DNA from: Octopus vulgaris
Lineage: Eukaryota
Assembly: GCA_951406725.2 (NCBI GenBank)
Contig: OX597814.1
Location: forward strand, 29,698,001 to 29,762,000
Reading direction: 5' to 3'
Length of the DNA stretch: 64,000 bases
Position numbers and translations under genes: made by a program. Below, in pieces: positions 39,801-52,900 of the stretch; the stretch's first letter is position 1; each line of letters opens with the position of its first letter. The notes under the pieces are model-generated. The model saw only the letters and a program-made list of their open reading frames with translations. It did not search any database and was not told the DNA's origin.

Positions 39801-42800
39801 AGGAGTATATGGTTGCTGCAAGTAAAATGGCATAACTCTTTAGAAGAAGCCATGTCTAACTGATAAATACTTTATCAATAAATTGAAGAACTTTGGGAAT
39901 ATATTTATAAAAAAACAATAAAAAGAAAAGCTGATTTGCATATGCTATAATTTATAACATCACAAATATACTAAACTAGCAGTATCGCCCGGCGTTGCTC
40001 AGGTTTGTAAGGGAAATAACTATAAAGCATTTTTAGAGAGTTATAGCCAAAAAATAGCAAAAAAATGGAAAAAAAATGATGGTAAATTTTTTTTTTGAGA
40101 GTTAAAAAAGGTGGAGTTGCTTCCCCTAGACGGTCTGTGGTTTGGGTTTCTGATTCTCGACCCCATGTCGAATTTATCGATTTTTTTCAGAACTGGGGGA
40201 ACTTTTCAAAATTTTCGCTGCGTTAGTTTTGAATTATGACATTGGGCTATGTGTGTGTCAAGTTTCATCAGAATCGGTTGAAAGCCGTGGTCAGAGTGAG
40301 GGTACGAGAAAACAGACACACAGAAAACGCACAGACAAACTGCCGTTTATATAGAGAGAGATAATTTATTTTATTAATAAAACGGTGCAAAATAAGGTTA
40401 TGGTATTGAGTTATTATGGTAGTAATGTTAACTCAATATTCTGAAAAACATGTTTTAGTAAAAGTACTAAAATCCAGTGTGTATTATAAAAGCTAAGGTA
40501 CTGGATTGCCAATTCTTGGTTTGAGCTGAAATTCATGTCATTTTGTTTCAAATTTGGACTAAAATATTTTTTCTATATCCTTCCTTTAGCTGTTAAGATT
40601 AGGTATCAGAACTTCAGAGAAGCTTTCTTGTGTTAGACTAGCATTTAAACAAGGGAGTTATTTGTCTCTTATTGGATTCTTACTCAGCCAAAGACCAACT
40701 TTTGTACAGAGGGGATACAAATGTATCAACCACTGCATATGACTGGCCTTTACTGAAGAGCAAAGTCAACTGTTTAGGTTTAAACTTGGGACATGGAAAA
40801 CAAAATAATGTAATGTATTTAATCAAGAATTGTCTTGATCAGTTTCACTGTCCTGATAACTAATATCAAAACGGATACAAAAATTATAAAGACATACCTC
40901 GTTTTTGGAAATCAGCATACTGATAGTGGGATCAATGGAATCAGATTCATTTGACACATCTTCCAAACATTTTTCACAGATGCTATCCCTGTAAGACAGA
41001 AAATAAAATAAATTCCACAAGATGTGTCTTCAGACAAATGAACCCATGTCAAGAGAGTTGTTCTTTATGAGATGTCATTAAAAGGTTTTATGAACATACA
41101 ATTCTTCAAATTCCAATACTAAAGTCTGGTAGACAAGTGCTGAATAATAATCTGCCAAACTGACCCTAATACCCAATTTTGAATACCAAATATGTATTTT
41201 GTTTTGCTCTTCTAGGAATTGATTCTCAACATTCTGGTATAGATTATGGCATTGTTTTTAGAAAATAATACAATACTTAATACCATTATTTCAGCCAATA
41301 ATATTTAGTGGCCGCCCAGATAAATTGTTGGGTAGCTTCAAAAACCTACTCCTGCTTGATTTTACTGACAAAATGCATGAAGAACTTTCTGGAACATTTT
41401 ATTTTTCATGTAACTAAGATTCAGTTTGAACCTCTCACTAGAATTTGCCTTAATAATGACTGGAGTATCTGTCCTCTCAGTCAGGCTGTAAAAAATGATT
41501 CTCACACAATTTGCATTCTATTTCCTCAAGCTTACACACTATGTGAGGCAACAACAAATAACAAACATGCAGTTCTAGTATTTCTATCTTGTACATATGA
41601 ACAAAAAACAAAAAAACAAACAAACTTATATTAAATTTTAAACTGAGAATCAAGCATTTCTTGGATTTTAACAGCTTTCTGATAGTTACGAATAAATTTG
41701 CTTATTTGAGAGCCTATCATTATCTTTCTCATTCATCCTTCAAAAACACAGGATTCTCTTCTATGTTACATTTGGTGACAACTAGACATTTTCATTCATA
41801 TTTACTTAGTTACATTTACCAACTTAACATTTTATTCTCAGTCAAATTTGCAATGCTAATTTCTTAGAGGAACGCGCAAAAGTTAGACAATCACACTTCA
41901 TAATCCATAAGTGGAAATAAATGAAAGGAACTTTAACCCTTTAGCATTTAGATTACTCTGTCAAATGTAAAGCCTGTTTAATCACAGTGTTTTAAATTAA
42001 TTGTACAGCATCTTGTAACTCTGGGATATTGATGATGTCTATGTTTATTTTTAGAATGACTTTGTAGGGTAGGTGTGAGAGGTCAGAGCTGGCTGGTTTG
42101 AGCATAAAACAGGAAGACAATTTTGGCCTGATATGGCCGGTTTAAACACTAAAGGGTTAAGCAAACAAAAATTATTCTGGGGACACACCTTATGAGAGAT
42201 TACTGGAGTGCTAGTGCAATAGATAAAAATAATTGCATTAATTACAAAGATAATATGTAACTAGAAGGCAACTCAATAGCATAGTATTCATTTCAAAACT
42301 GAAACAGACCGTTGAACACACCTAGTTTATTTTGAACACGAGTCAGTAAAGATATAAACACATCAACAGCAAATCATACTGCTTTACGTAATTTGTATAA
42401 ACTGTAGAGCATTATCAGTGAACAGTGGTAATGTTCTGTACTGATTGCATAAGATCTAAATGAGCAAATATAATTCCTCTTGAGTCAAATCTATATTTAG
42501 CCCTTTAACATTCAGATTACCTTGTCAAATGTATTGAATTAAACATGCATCAATCTCACAGCTTTGACGTTTTTATGATGTGATTGTTTATTTTTCGAAT
42601 GGCATTGTAGGGTAGATACAAGCCAGATTTAACCAGTTTGTGCATAAAACAATATTTCAGCCAGATATGGCTGGTTTAAGTGCTAATGAGTTAAATATAT
42701 TACTTATTTCTTTACTACCCACAAGGGGCTAAACATAGAGGGGACAAACAAGGACAGACATAGGTATTAAGCCATTTACATCAACCCCAGTGCGTAACTG

Positions 42801-45800
42801 GTACTTAATTTATCGACCCCGAAAGGATGAAAGGCAAAGTCGACCTTGGCGGAATTTGAACTCACAACGTAACGGCAGACGAAATACTGCTCGACATTTC
42901 GCCCGACGTGCTAACGATTCTGCCAGCTCGCCGCCTTAAATATATTACTGCTCAGCTGTAACCATGCTTGTCCATATCTCTTGCTATTTAGACATTTTGG
43001 CAGATAAGGAGTGTATCATTCACAAAGAAAATTACTGAATTACAATGATTATTTACAAAAAGTTCAGATGATAGACATTAATTAGATATATCTAAAGTTC
43101 TTATTTTGCAATGCTATGGTTTTAAGCTTTTTTTTTTTTTATTATTGTTGATTATTCCTTTTGTCATTCGTTTTGTAAAGACAGCCATCAAGATACATTA
43201 TCATGTAATAAACCTATGAGCATCTAACATTAAACCAGACTACACATCGAGAGATGATGCATATGAATTCAAGACAAAGTGTGGAACATACAGAGTTTGA
43301 CAGTATGCCTGCAACCATCCATCCAAGAGTCAATACTGTGTGGCTAACTCTTACTTGCTAGACATGTGAAGTGTGTATTCAAAACACACTGCAAAGATGG
43401 CGAATAACACATAACCTGCAATTCATCTTAGTGGGGGGGGACTGAAAAACAAAAGTTATCATTATCAGCAACGGACACCCAAAAAGTTAATTGTTTTAAT
43501 TTCTATGGCATACAGCCATAAAAACTATGCCAAAACTGAGATGTATGGGCAAGGCATGGTCCCTCAACTTTAACTAAGAGGGCAATAACTCTAAATAAAA
43601 ATCAACTTAGTGTTGAACTGTTCAACCCATGCAAGCAAGGAGAATAAAAGCAAAATGATTGATTTTGTTGTTTAGCCCCAAGCTTGCTTGCTTGGATGTT
43701 TAACTAAAACACTCCAGCTGTAGCCCTTTCTGGGTTTTTAATATCAGAAACAACACTGTTCAGTGTGTGCTTTCTTTAATACAGTAGGATATATTTCAGA
43801 ATATTTGACTATATCTAGCAAGTTGGACAACTGCATAGGGCTTCCCCAGCTGGCACAAGTTAAAATTAGTTTTGTTAAATTTGACAATACTCCAAGTGTG
43901 TATTATACTATCGTAAGTCAAGTCAGTATTAGAGACATCATGCATAGTATCTATGTAATTAGAGCAAAAGGTTTTATGGCTAGCTGCCCCTTACTGTGCC
44001 AACCTTTCAAACTCTCTTCATTGCTGTCAATGGGTGTTGTATCATTATATGTCTAATTAATATTACTTATTCAGTAGCAAAAGGCATTAATACAATTTTT
44101 CATTTCATTAGTCAATAACTGCAGATTCATGCTTAATAAAAATACTATTATATTACTTGTTTAGTTTAAGCAAGTTGTTAGTAACAAAGACAAGGACTTA
44201 TCATTTCCATTTATTTTTATCTTGGCATTCACTTTGTACAGTTATATCATATGTAAATGATGCCAGAACAGAAACCTGTTATCATTCATAAGAGGATACC
44301 ATTTCTAATGATGAATTTCAATAATTTAGATGAATCAACTGATTATAAATATCTTTGACCAAACAGACCTAACCACAGCTAGGTCTGTTTGATCAGGGCT
44401 GACCTCAAACAAAATAACAAATGACTAAGTACATTTATGATCTCATGTAACTTCTATGAATTTTAATGTTAGTTTCTTGGAAAGATAAGCTTATTTTAAT
44501 TTCACTTTAATTTGTTTACTGATTATACTTCCTCATTTAAAACACAATTAGGCAAGTAGGACTTAACAAAAGATACTATTATTGGCTGCCTACCAAATAT
44601 AGGCAACTAAATCTCCCTTAACCCTTTAGCATTCAAACCGGCCATATCCGGCCTAAAGTATTCTGCCTGTTTTATGTTCAAACTGGCCAGATCTGGTCTC
44701 TCACACCAGCCCTACAATATCATTTTAAAGATTAACAGCTACCTCATCAAAATCTCATAGCTACAAGATAATGCATGATTAGTTCAAGACAATGTGGATA
44801 AAAAAGGATTAATTTTGGTGGAATAATGCAAACACTAAAGGGTTAAATCATGCTCCCTTGTTGTAAGGCAAGGATACACATTAATGCAGTTTAGATTGAG
44901 CAAGTGTTTTCTGCTATAGCCTCAAGCTGACTGAAGCCTTGTGATTGAATTTGGTAGGTTAAAGTTCCCCTTGTATGTATATGTGTGTGTGTGAATATGC
45001 TTTCTTTAATAGATAGGAGGGAAAACTATTGTAAAACAACAGGAGTATCTTTAACCAAAAGTTCGATCTCATTCAATCCGAGTAACTTGGAGCTAAGTAA
45101 CAACAAATGAACAAGTGCACTTATGATCTTAGTTTGCACTCATTAAATTTTGTAGACCATCAAAGACCTTAAATATTACACATACAGAAATGGTTCTTAA
45201 CAAGAAAAACATTTATTTGCAACACTAATGAATGACTGAGTATATATTACCTATAAAAAAAGTTAGGACTTTCCAGAGGTTTACAGATTTGAAAATATAG
45301 TAATGGTAAAGTGGGATATAGTCAGCATAATCATAGGAGAGAAAGCTGATTCAGAAAACGTAAGTTTTCCTCTCTTTTAGTAGATGGACACTGTGGGATT
45401 ATATGCTTCCCTTGTGAGCAAAAATAATATTATATCGATTTATTATTCCACTTCAGAAGATAGAAAATTAAATTAAGTTCTAGAGAGAAAAAATATTTTC
45501 TGTTGTAGTAGAACAAGACATTCGGACTTAATATTTTAAAATAACAAAAACAGAATAAACCCAATAATCAATTGCCAATATGATCTGTGCTTCAGATTAA
45601 GGAGGGGAAATAGCTTCTGATCCCAATTTATAAAAATCACATATTCCTCTAGTTCTGATACACAAGTGCTTGGATTTGCATTAAAACCTTCAGTCCTAAT
45701 TTTTGTAAGATGTTTGTTCCAAAGACTAATAATGTAAATGACAAAGATAACTACTAAACCACAACAAATTCTGTTTCTTGGAGATTTCATCACAGTCTTT

Positions 45801-48552
45801 TCTTTAAGACAGTAATTTGGATGTCATTTCAAACAAGTTCAGTAACTGCATGGAAATTGTTTTCTTTAAGGAGATAGAACTTGTACAAAGACAACATTCA
45901 TCTTAATGCAAGATTCCTTGCATTTGAGCCCAGTGTTCCACAACACTCCTATCAAGAAGTCTTCCTGTGAATGTGACCTGGGCATTACTGTCAGCAGCGA
46001 TTTGCGCTGAACGGAGCACATCTCTAAAATTGTCAAGAAGGCCGAGGGTGTCTTGGCATCACTCAGCAAGTCCTTTGTCAGCTGCTCTCCAGCTATCTAT
46101 TTAAGGCTGTATATGGCTATGGCACGGCCATACTTGGAATTTGCATCACCAGTCTGAAACTGTTACCTTGCTCAAGACACTGACCTCCCAGAAACTGTTC
46201 AGACACGTGCAACCAAGTGAATAACCTCCATCAGGCATCTACCATACTCTGAACGCCTTGCTTCACTGGGTATAGATACATTGAAGCTCCAACGTCTGGC
46301 AACTGACTTGGTAAACACTCACAAAATTATTAACCATCGTACCTGCCAGTTATTTCATTGACACATTTACTTTTATTAACAGACTTTATCATAAACAATG
46401 GTCTCTCCTCTAACATCACTATCAATATTTGTAATTTGTCATACTAAATAAAACTGAAATTAAAACTATTAGTTTTTTTAACTACTGAATCAATATTTGC
46501 AGCAGTTGATACTTTTTTTTGTAAAGAACAATTAAAGTCCATTGAAATTTATATTTTAATATGATAATGAAAATAACTTTAGATCACCTATTTGAAAGAT
46601 CTTCTAGGTAAGATACTTAAGCCACTAATATTGTATATTTTTTTATGTATGGCTTTGAGAAAGAAGGCCAACATCTTTGAGTGTTATAGAGCCACCAAGA
46701 AAAATAACCAAAGAAATCCCAGCTCATGTGTTGTTGCAAACATTGAGTTAATTTAAGTCAGAAAAACTCAGCTGAAATGGTTACAACAATAAACTCCATT
46801 AAAGGTATCCACGAACCAGGTAGTGATGATAACCAGCTAAAAGATTAGGTCTACCACTAAGAGCAGGTGGTACAGTTTATAAGGCGGCGAGCTGGCAGAA
46901 ACGTTAGCACGCCGGGCGAAATGCTTAGCGGTATTTCGTCTGCGTTACGCTGTGAGTTCAAATTCCACCGAGGTCGACTTTGCCTTTCATCCTTTCGGGG
47001 TCGATAAATTAAGTACCAGTTACGCACTGGGGTCGATATAATCGACTTAAAACCTATGTCTGTCCTTGTTTGTCCCCTCTGTGTTTAGCCTCTTGTGGGT
47101 AATAAAGAAATAGGTACAGTTTATCAGATGAGCTTCCACACATTTTTGATTACCCAACTTTAGTCTTCAAATCTTCGACTATATTGCCATTGCTTTATAT
47201 CAACAAACCTAACACATAAAAAGTATTTCATTAGCTTTGGCATTAGGAAAGACATCCAGTCACAAAAACCATGCCAAACCAGAACATTGGAGTTTGGCAC
47301 AAGTCCTCTGGCTCGCCAGTGATTATGATAAGGAGAAAACTAATCAAGCAGTATGATATTGCAACATAAAGTGTAATTAGCATCACAAGTTACAGATGAC
47401 TGCTAAGTGGCCCAGTGTGGAGGATTCTTTAGGATTTTGCTTTAAGACAAGTACCGAAAAGAGTATCCTAAGACTTTCAGATTAAATAGTTCTTCACTGG
47501 ACTATTTCAGCTTTATTGTTAATAATTATAACAATTAAATAGATTGCTTTAAATCGTTAATTAGTAGCAAAACTTCACAGGGTAAATAAAATGTTGTTGC
47601 TTTCCAGTTTCTGCCATACAAATAATATGAGTATGATGCTAGCCTCTGAAAAACATTACTGCTTATTCCCCAACTCAGTAAATGCCAATTTAATTATTTT
47701 GCTCTATTGTTCACTCCCAAAGCTGAATATAAAAACACACAAATGAGATTCTCTTTGTTATTTCCCTTAGAAAAGTAATCACATGACCAAGAAAGCAATT
47801 TATATGAAACTTATTTCATTCACAACAGCCTAATTTGCCATCCAACAAAATAAGCTACCAGAAAATGTTCCGACATCCATTTTAAATGACTATGCATAAC
47901 ACAGATTAGTTTCAGCTAGTAAGTTGTTTAGTCCTGGTTCAGCACTAATCAACCAAACTTAACATATGTAATCTCTAACAATGTGCTTCATTCTGTTTAT
48001 ATATATATATATATCTATATATAGGAGTGGCTGTATGGTTAAGTAGCTAAGCACAAGAGTGGGTGTGTGGTAAGTAGCTTGCTTACCAACGACATAGTTC
48101 CGGGTTCATTCTCACTGCATGGCACCTTGGAAGTGTCTTCTACTATCGCCTCAGGCCAACCAAAGCCTTGTGAGTGGATTTGGTAGACGGAAACTGAAAG
48201 AAGCCCGTCATATATATATGTATGCGTGTATATGTTTGTGTGTCTGTGTTTGTCCCCCCCCCCCCACATCGCTTGACAACTGAAGGTGGTGTGTTTACAT
48301 CCCCGTAACTTAGCGGTTTGGCAAAAGTACCCGATAGAATAAGTACTAGGCTTCCAAAGAATAAGTCCTGGGGTCGATTTGCTCGACTAAAGGTGGTGCT
48401 CCAGCATGGCCGCAGTCAAATGACTGAAACAAGTAAAAGAGTAAAAGGCATATATATATATATATATATATAGTTATAATATTTGGATTAGGCCACTTGG
48501 TGTGGAATAAATATACTATTAAATTAGTATCTAATTCTCTCACCCTTATTAA

Positions 48553-48605
<53 letters not shown>

Positions 48606-49942
48606 TCAGCATTATTTAACATCTGTCTACCATGCTGACATGGATTGAACAGTTTACTGCACCAAGCTCCAATCATCTGTTTTGGTATGGTTTCTGTGTC
48701 TGGATGTCCTTCCTAAACCCAGTCACTTTACAGGGTACTTTTTATGGGGCTTTGTGTGGGGCACTAGCATGGGTACCTTTTACATAGCATATATATATAT
48801 ATATACATACACACACATCATCCCATAAATAATGTGGTAGTTTTATACTTCTTTTATCTTTCAAAATTAAGATAAAGTTCTTTTTAAATCTAAAATATAC
48901 TCTTCTCCATTTTCTACAATGATCTTCCATCTATCTGGTTGACTTGCAAGGTCCCTCTTCCAAAATTCACTTGTCCAGTACTGTTCTGACCTCTTCTACA
49001 GAATTCATACTTTTTCCGTCCAAGTAATTTTGAAGAGTGCAGAATAAATGATAATCAGATGGGGCAATGTTCGGTGAATATGGTGCATGGGGCATTGTTT
49101 CCCATTCAAACTGCTCCAGCCTTTGGAATGACATTCTCACTGTATGTGGCCGAGCATTATCCTGATGGAAGAACCTCTTTCATCTTGAAAGCAAAGATGG
49201 TAGTTTTTCTTCTAGCACTGACTTAATTAAGCTGCCCAAAGTGGATTAAACCTTCCATATCCCACCAAACAGATAACACCTTACATAAGTGAAGACCTTC
49301 TTTAGCCTTGGGTGCTGGTGTGTCTTCTTTCCCTACCCACTGTCTTTGGCACTTGACATTTTTATAGAGAACCCATTTCTTGTCACCAGTCACTATTCGG
49401 TTCAAAATAAGTTCATTCGTGACAGCAAAGAAGAGCACACATTCACTCTCTGCATGAATTAGACTCGGAAAGTTTGTGAGGAACCCATTGACCCAATTTC
49501 CTGACTTTTCCGATGGCATGCAGGCTTTGATGAAAAGCTGAGTGACTAAATCCAAGTTTGTCTGCTAGTTTCTCAACAGTTACAATGGGATTTTGTTCCA
49601 CCAGGGTTTGCAGGATTTCCTTGTCAAGCTCTACAGATCTAAGACAAGGCTTGTCTTCTAGGCTGTAGTTTCTGGCTTGGAATTTCTGGAGCCACCATTG
49701 ACACTGGCTTATGTTTATTGTCCAATCCCCATATACTCGTTTACTTGTTTCAGTCATTTGACTGCGGCCATGCTGGAGCACCACCTTTAATCGAGCAAAT
49801 CGACTCCGGGACTTATTCTTTGTAAGCCCAGTACTTATTCTATCGGTCTCTTTTGCCGAACCGCTAAGTGACGGGGACGTAAACACACCAGCATCGGTTG
49901 TCAAGCAATGCTAGAGGGACAAACACAGACACACAAACATAT

Positions 49943-49990
<48 letters not shown>

Positions 49991-52900
49991 CCGGCTTCTT
50001 TCAGTTTCCGTCTACCAAATCCACTCACAAGGCATTGGTCAGCCCGAGGCTATAGCAGAAGACACTTGCCCAAGATGCCACGCAGTGGGACTGAACCCGG
50101 AAGCATGTGGTTGGTTAGCAAGCTACTTACCACACAGCCACTCCTGCGCCTATACTGCATTAATATTCCTTGCACTTTCCATTGCAGTGTCATCTTTATT
50201 GAACTCATGAAACAGCATACGCTGTATATACTCCTTTGTCACTTCCACTATAGCTTTGAAAAAATAACTTAAAATTGAACTGCACTCTTCAAAACTTGCA
50301 CTAGGAATAAGTACAAGGTAAAATTACTACCTGCTTTTATAGCAAGTTGATGCAGGTAGTTTATCCTGTTCCCTTTCGACTTTTAGTTCATGCAACTGAA
50401 AAAACTGCATTATTTATGGGAGGACCCCAATATATATAAAGCAGTAATATGTTTTAGCCTGCCATTTTGTTTTACACATCAAAGTACAATGCTACCCCTA
50501 CAATTTTCACTGTGGTGTTTTGCATTAAATTTCTAACATTATAGACAACTAAATAATAATATAATCAAAGGCACTCTAGCCAGTATAATCCTGTCTTCAG
50601 AGAATTATCGAAGACTACATTATTCAATGTCTTCTTTTTATTTAGAGATGGTGTGATTTGAGAGAGATTTAGTTATTATTTCTAATAGGTCAAGCAACCA
50701 GATAACAGTTCAAAGAAACAAATTCAACCATATTCAACACTGGCTGGATTGAAAGTAGATAATTGCTTTTTAATGATTTGTGATGTTTTTTCTTTTTTCT
50801 TTTATTTTTAATGTGTAAACCAGGAGGAGGAAGGGAAGAAGTTCTCCTCAGACCAGAAACCAGGTTTGGATGCTTGCAATAAATTGGACTCTACTAAAGG
50901 CACCCAAGGATCAGGTGATAGTGTTAAAATGGGTGGTATATTAAGCCTACCATTTAAACTAGAATGGTCACTCCAGTGGAATTCTATTTGAATAAGTGAG
51001 CAAGGAGTTACCACTGCAAAGAGCAAAGATTAAAGCCATTAGAAAACCGATTATAGCAGCGACTCCATCTAAGAATATCTGAAGAAAGCATATTATTCCG
51101 AAATATCATATCAGATTATGGATGGCTAAATTACAACAGGTATATAGCCCATTGTCTGTATTACAGTGCATTGTTGTACCATTCAAAACTTTTTATCCTT
51201 TACTATTTCATCTACCATTTTTCACTGAAAAGACTACAAGGTGCTAAGCAGTGGCATCAAACCCAAAACCATATTTGTGAATCTAAGTCCTAACCTTGCA
51301 GTCATGTTTGCATCAAAGCTGCTGTAGTATTTCTGCTCTATAATAAAATAAGCACATAATGGCCTACATGCAGTTGTTCTATTTGTTAGATAAAATAGCG
51401 AAGTCTCTTTTGACTCAGACCCTACTGTCTTGGAAAGAAAGAAAGAAAAAACAAACATATGGCTGTGTGGTAAGAAGCTTGCTTCCCAACCACATGGTTC
51501 TGGGTTTAATTTCACTGCATGGCACCTTGGGTAAATGTCTTCTACTATAGCCTCAAGCTAACCAAAGCTTTGTAAGTGGATTTGGTAGACAGAAACTGAA
51601 AGAAGCCCATTGTATGTGTGTGTGTACCCTCACGATCACTTGACAACTGATGTGCTTACATCCTTGAAACTTAGCGGTTTGGCAAAAGAGACCAATAGAA
51701 TAAGTACTAGGTTTACAAAGAAAAAGGTCATGGGGTCAATTTCTTTGACAAAAGACAGTGCTCCAGCATGACCACAGTCAAATGACTGAAACAAGTAAAA
51801 GTATAAAAGAATGTATTTCTACATAAAGTATATGTTTTTCTTTTACATTCAATTATTAGTTTGCTCAATCAGGGTTGACCTGGGGTCAAACAACAATAAT
51901 TACTAGTCTACATTAGATTCAAATGGCTAAAATATAGATTATATAGGACATACTGAGTTCATAGATCATCATTAAAAATTTCCAATAGTTATAGCCTATC
52001 TGAGCCACATACACATGCATACAATATAATATGACAACTTCACTATTTTGTTCTTGCCTGATCAAGAATATCTATGGTCAAATGCAGTTGAACTAAGGCC
52101 ATTATGTCCTTTTAGGTATGTACAAATATTATCCAGTGTAGCTTTCCTTTATTTAAGGTATGATTTGAAGATTTTTTTTACTGCTATTACCAGCAAGTGG
52201 AACTGCATACAAGTTCTTCCGTAGATTCTTGTTTGTTATTAGGATAAAGCAATTTTTTTCACCATTACTAACCACTACATGGTAATATGGCTAGATATAA
52301 TGAAAAACCATATGTAAAGGTGAATAATATATCTTGTCTCGAGAATTTATCAGTAAAGCATGCAAATCTTCATGCTTTTCAAAGACTGATATAATAGTAT
52401 ATGTTATAGCCAAACCATTAACCTGTTAATTGTTAATTAATGAAGTTAACATTTTATTAACAATTTAACTTTTAAGTTAACTTTGGAAATCATTATAGGA
52501 CTAACTTGAGTTAACTTCCATTAACTTCAATTCAATTGAAGTTAACGGATTTTACAGTTTTGGTACATTTTAAAGAAGTCTTTAAGTGGTTTTGGAGCAA
52601 AAACTGATTTTATGTTTTTTTTCTATAATAAAAATTAATATTAACAGTTTATCATAAAATTCTGTTACATTTTTAGAGAATTAACTGATTAACAATTATC
52701 GAAGTTAACTTTTTGATTAATGGATTAAAGGAGCTAACTTTTCAATTAATAGTGCCAACCTTTAGTTATAGCTCATTTCATCTCAATTATTATAAGACAA
52801 TTAATATCATTAAAACAGAACTTTTCTAAATGCAACTGCCTCTTTTATTTTCCTGCATTAGAATTCAAAGGGGGAAAAATATTAAGAGACAAGACTATTA

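Noticed and set aside
52395-52765. GTTAAC-rich segment
   Set aside because: Probably a decayed DNA-transposon remnant with subterminal repeats; I could not define both termini or a TSD.
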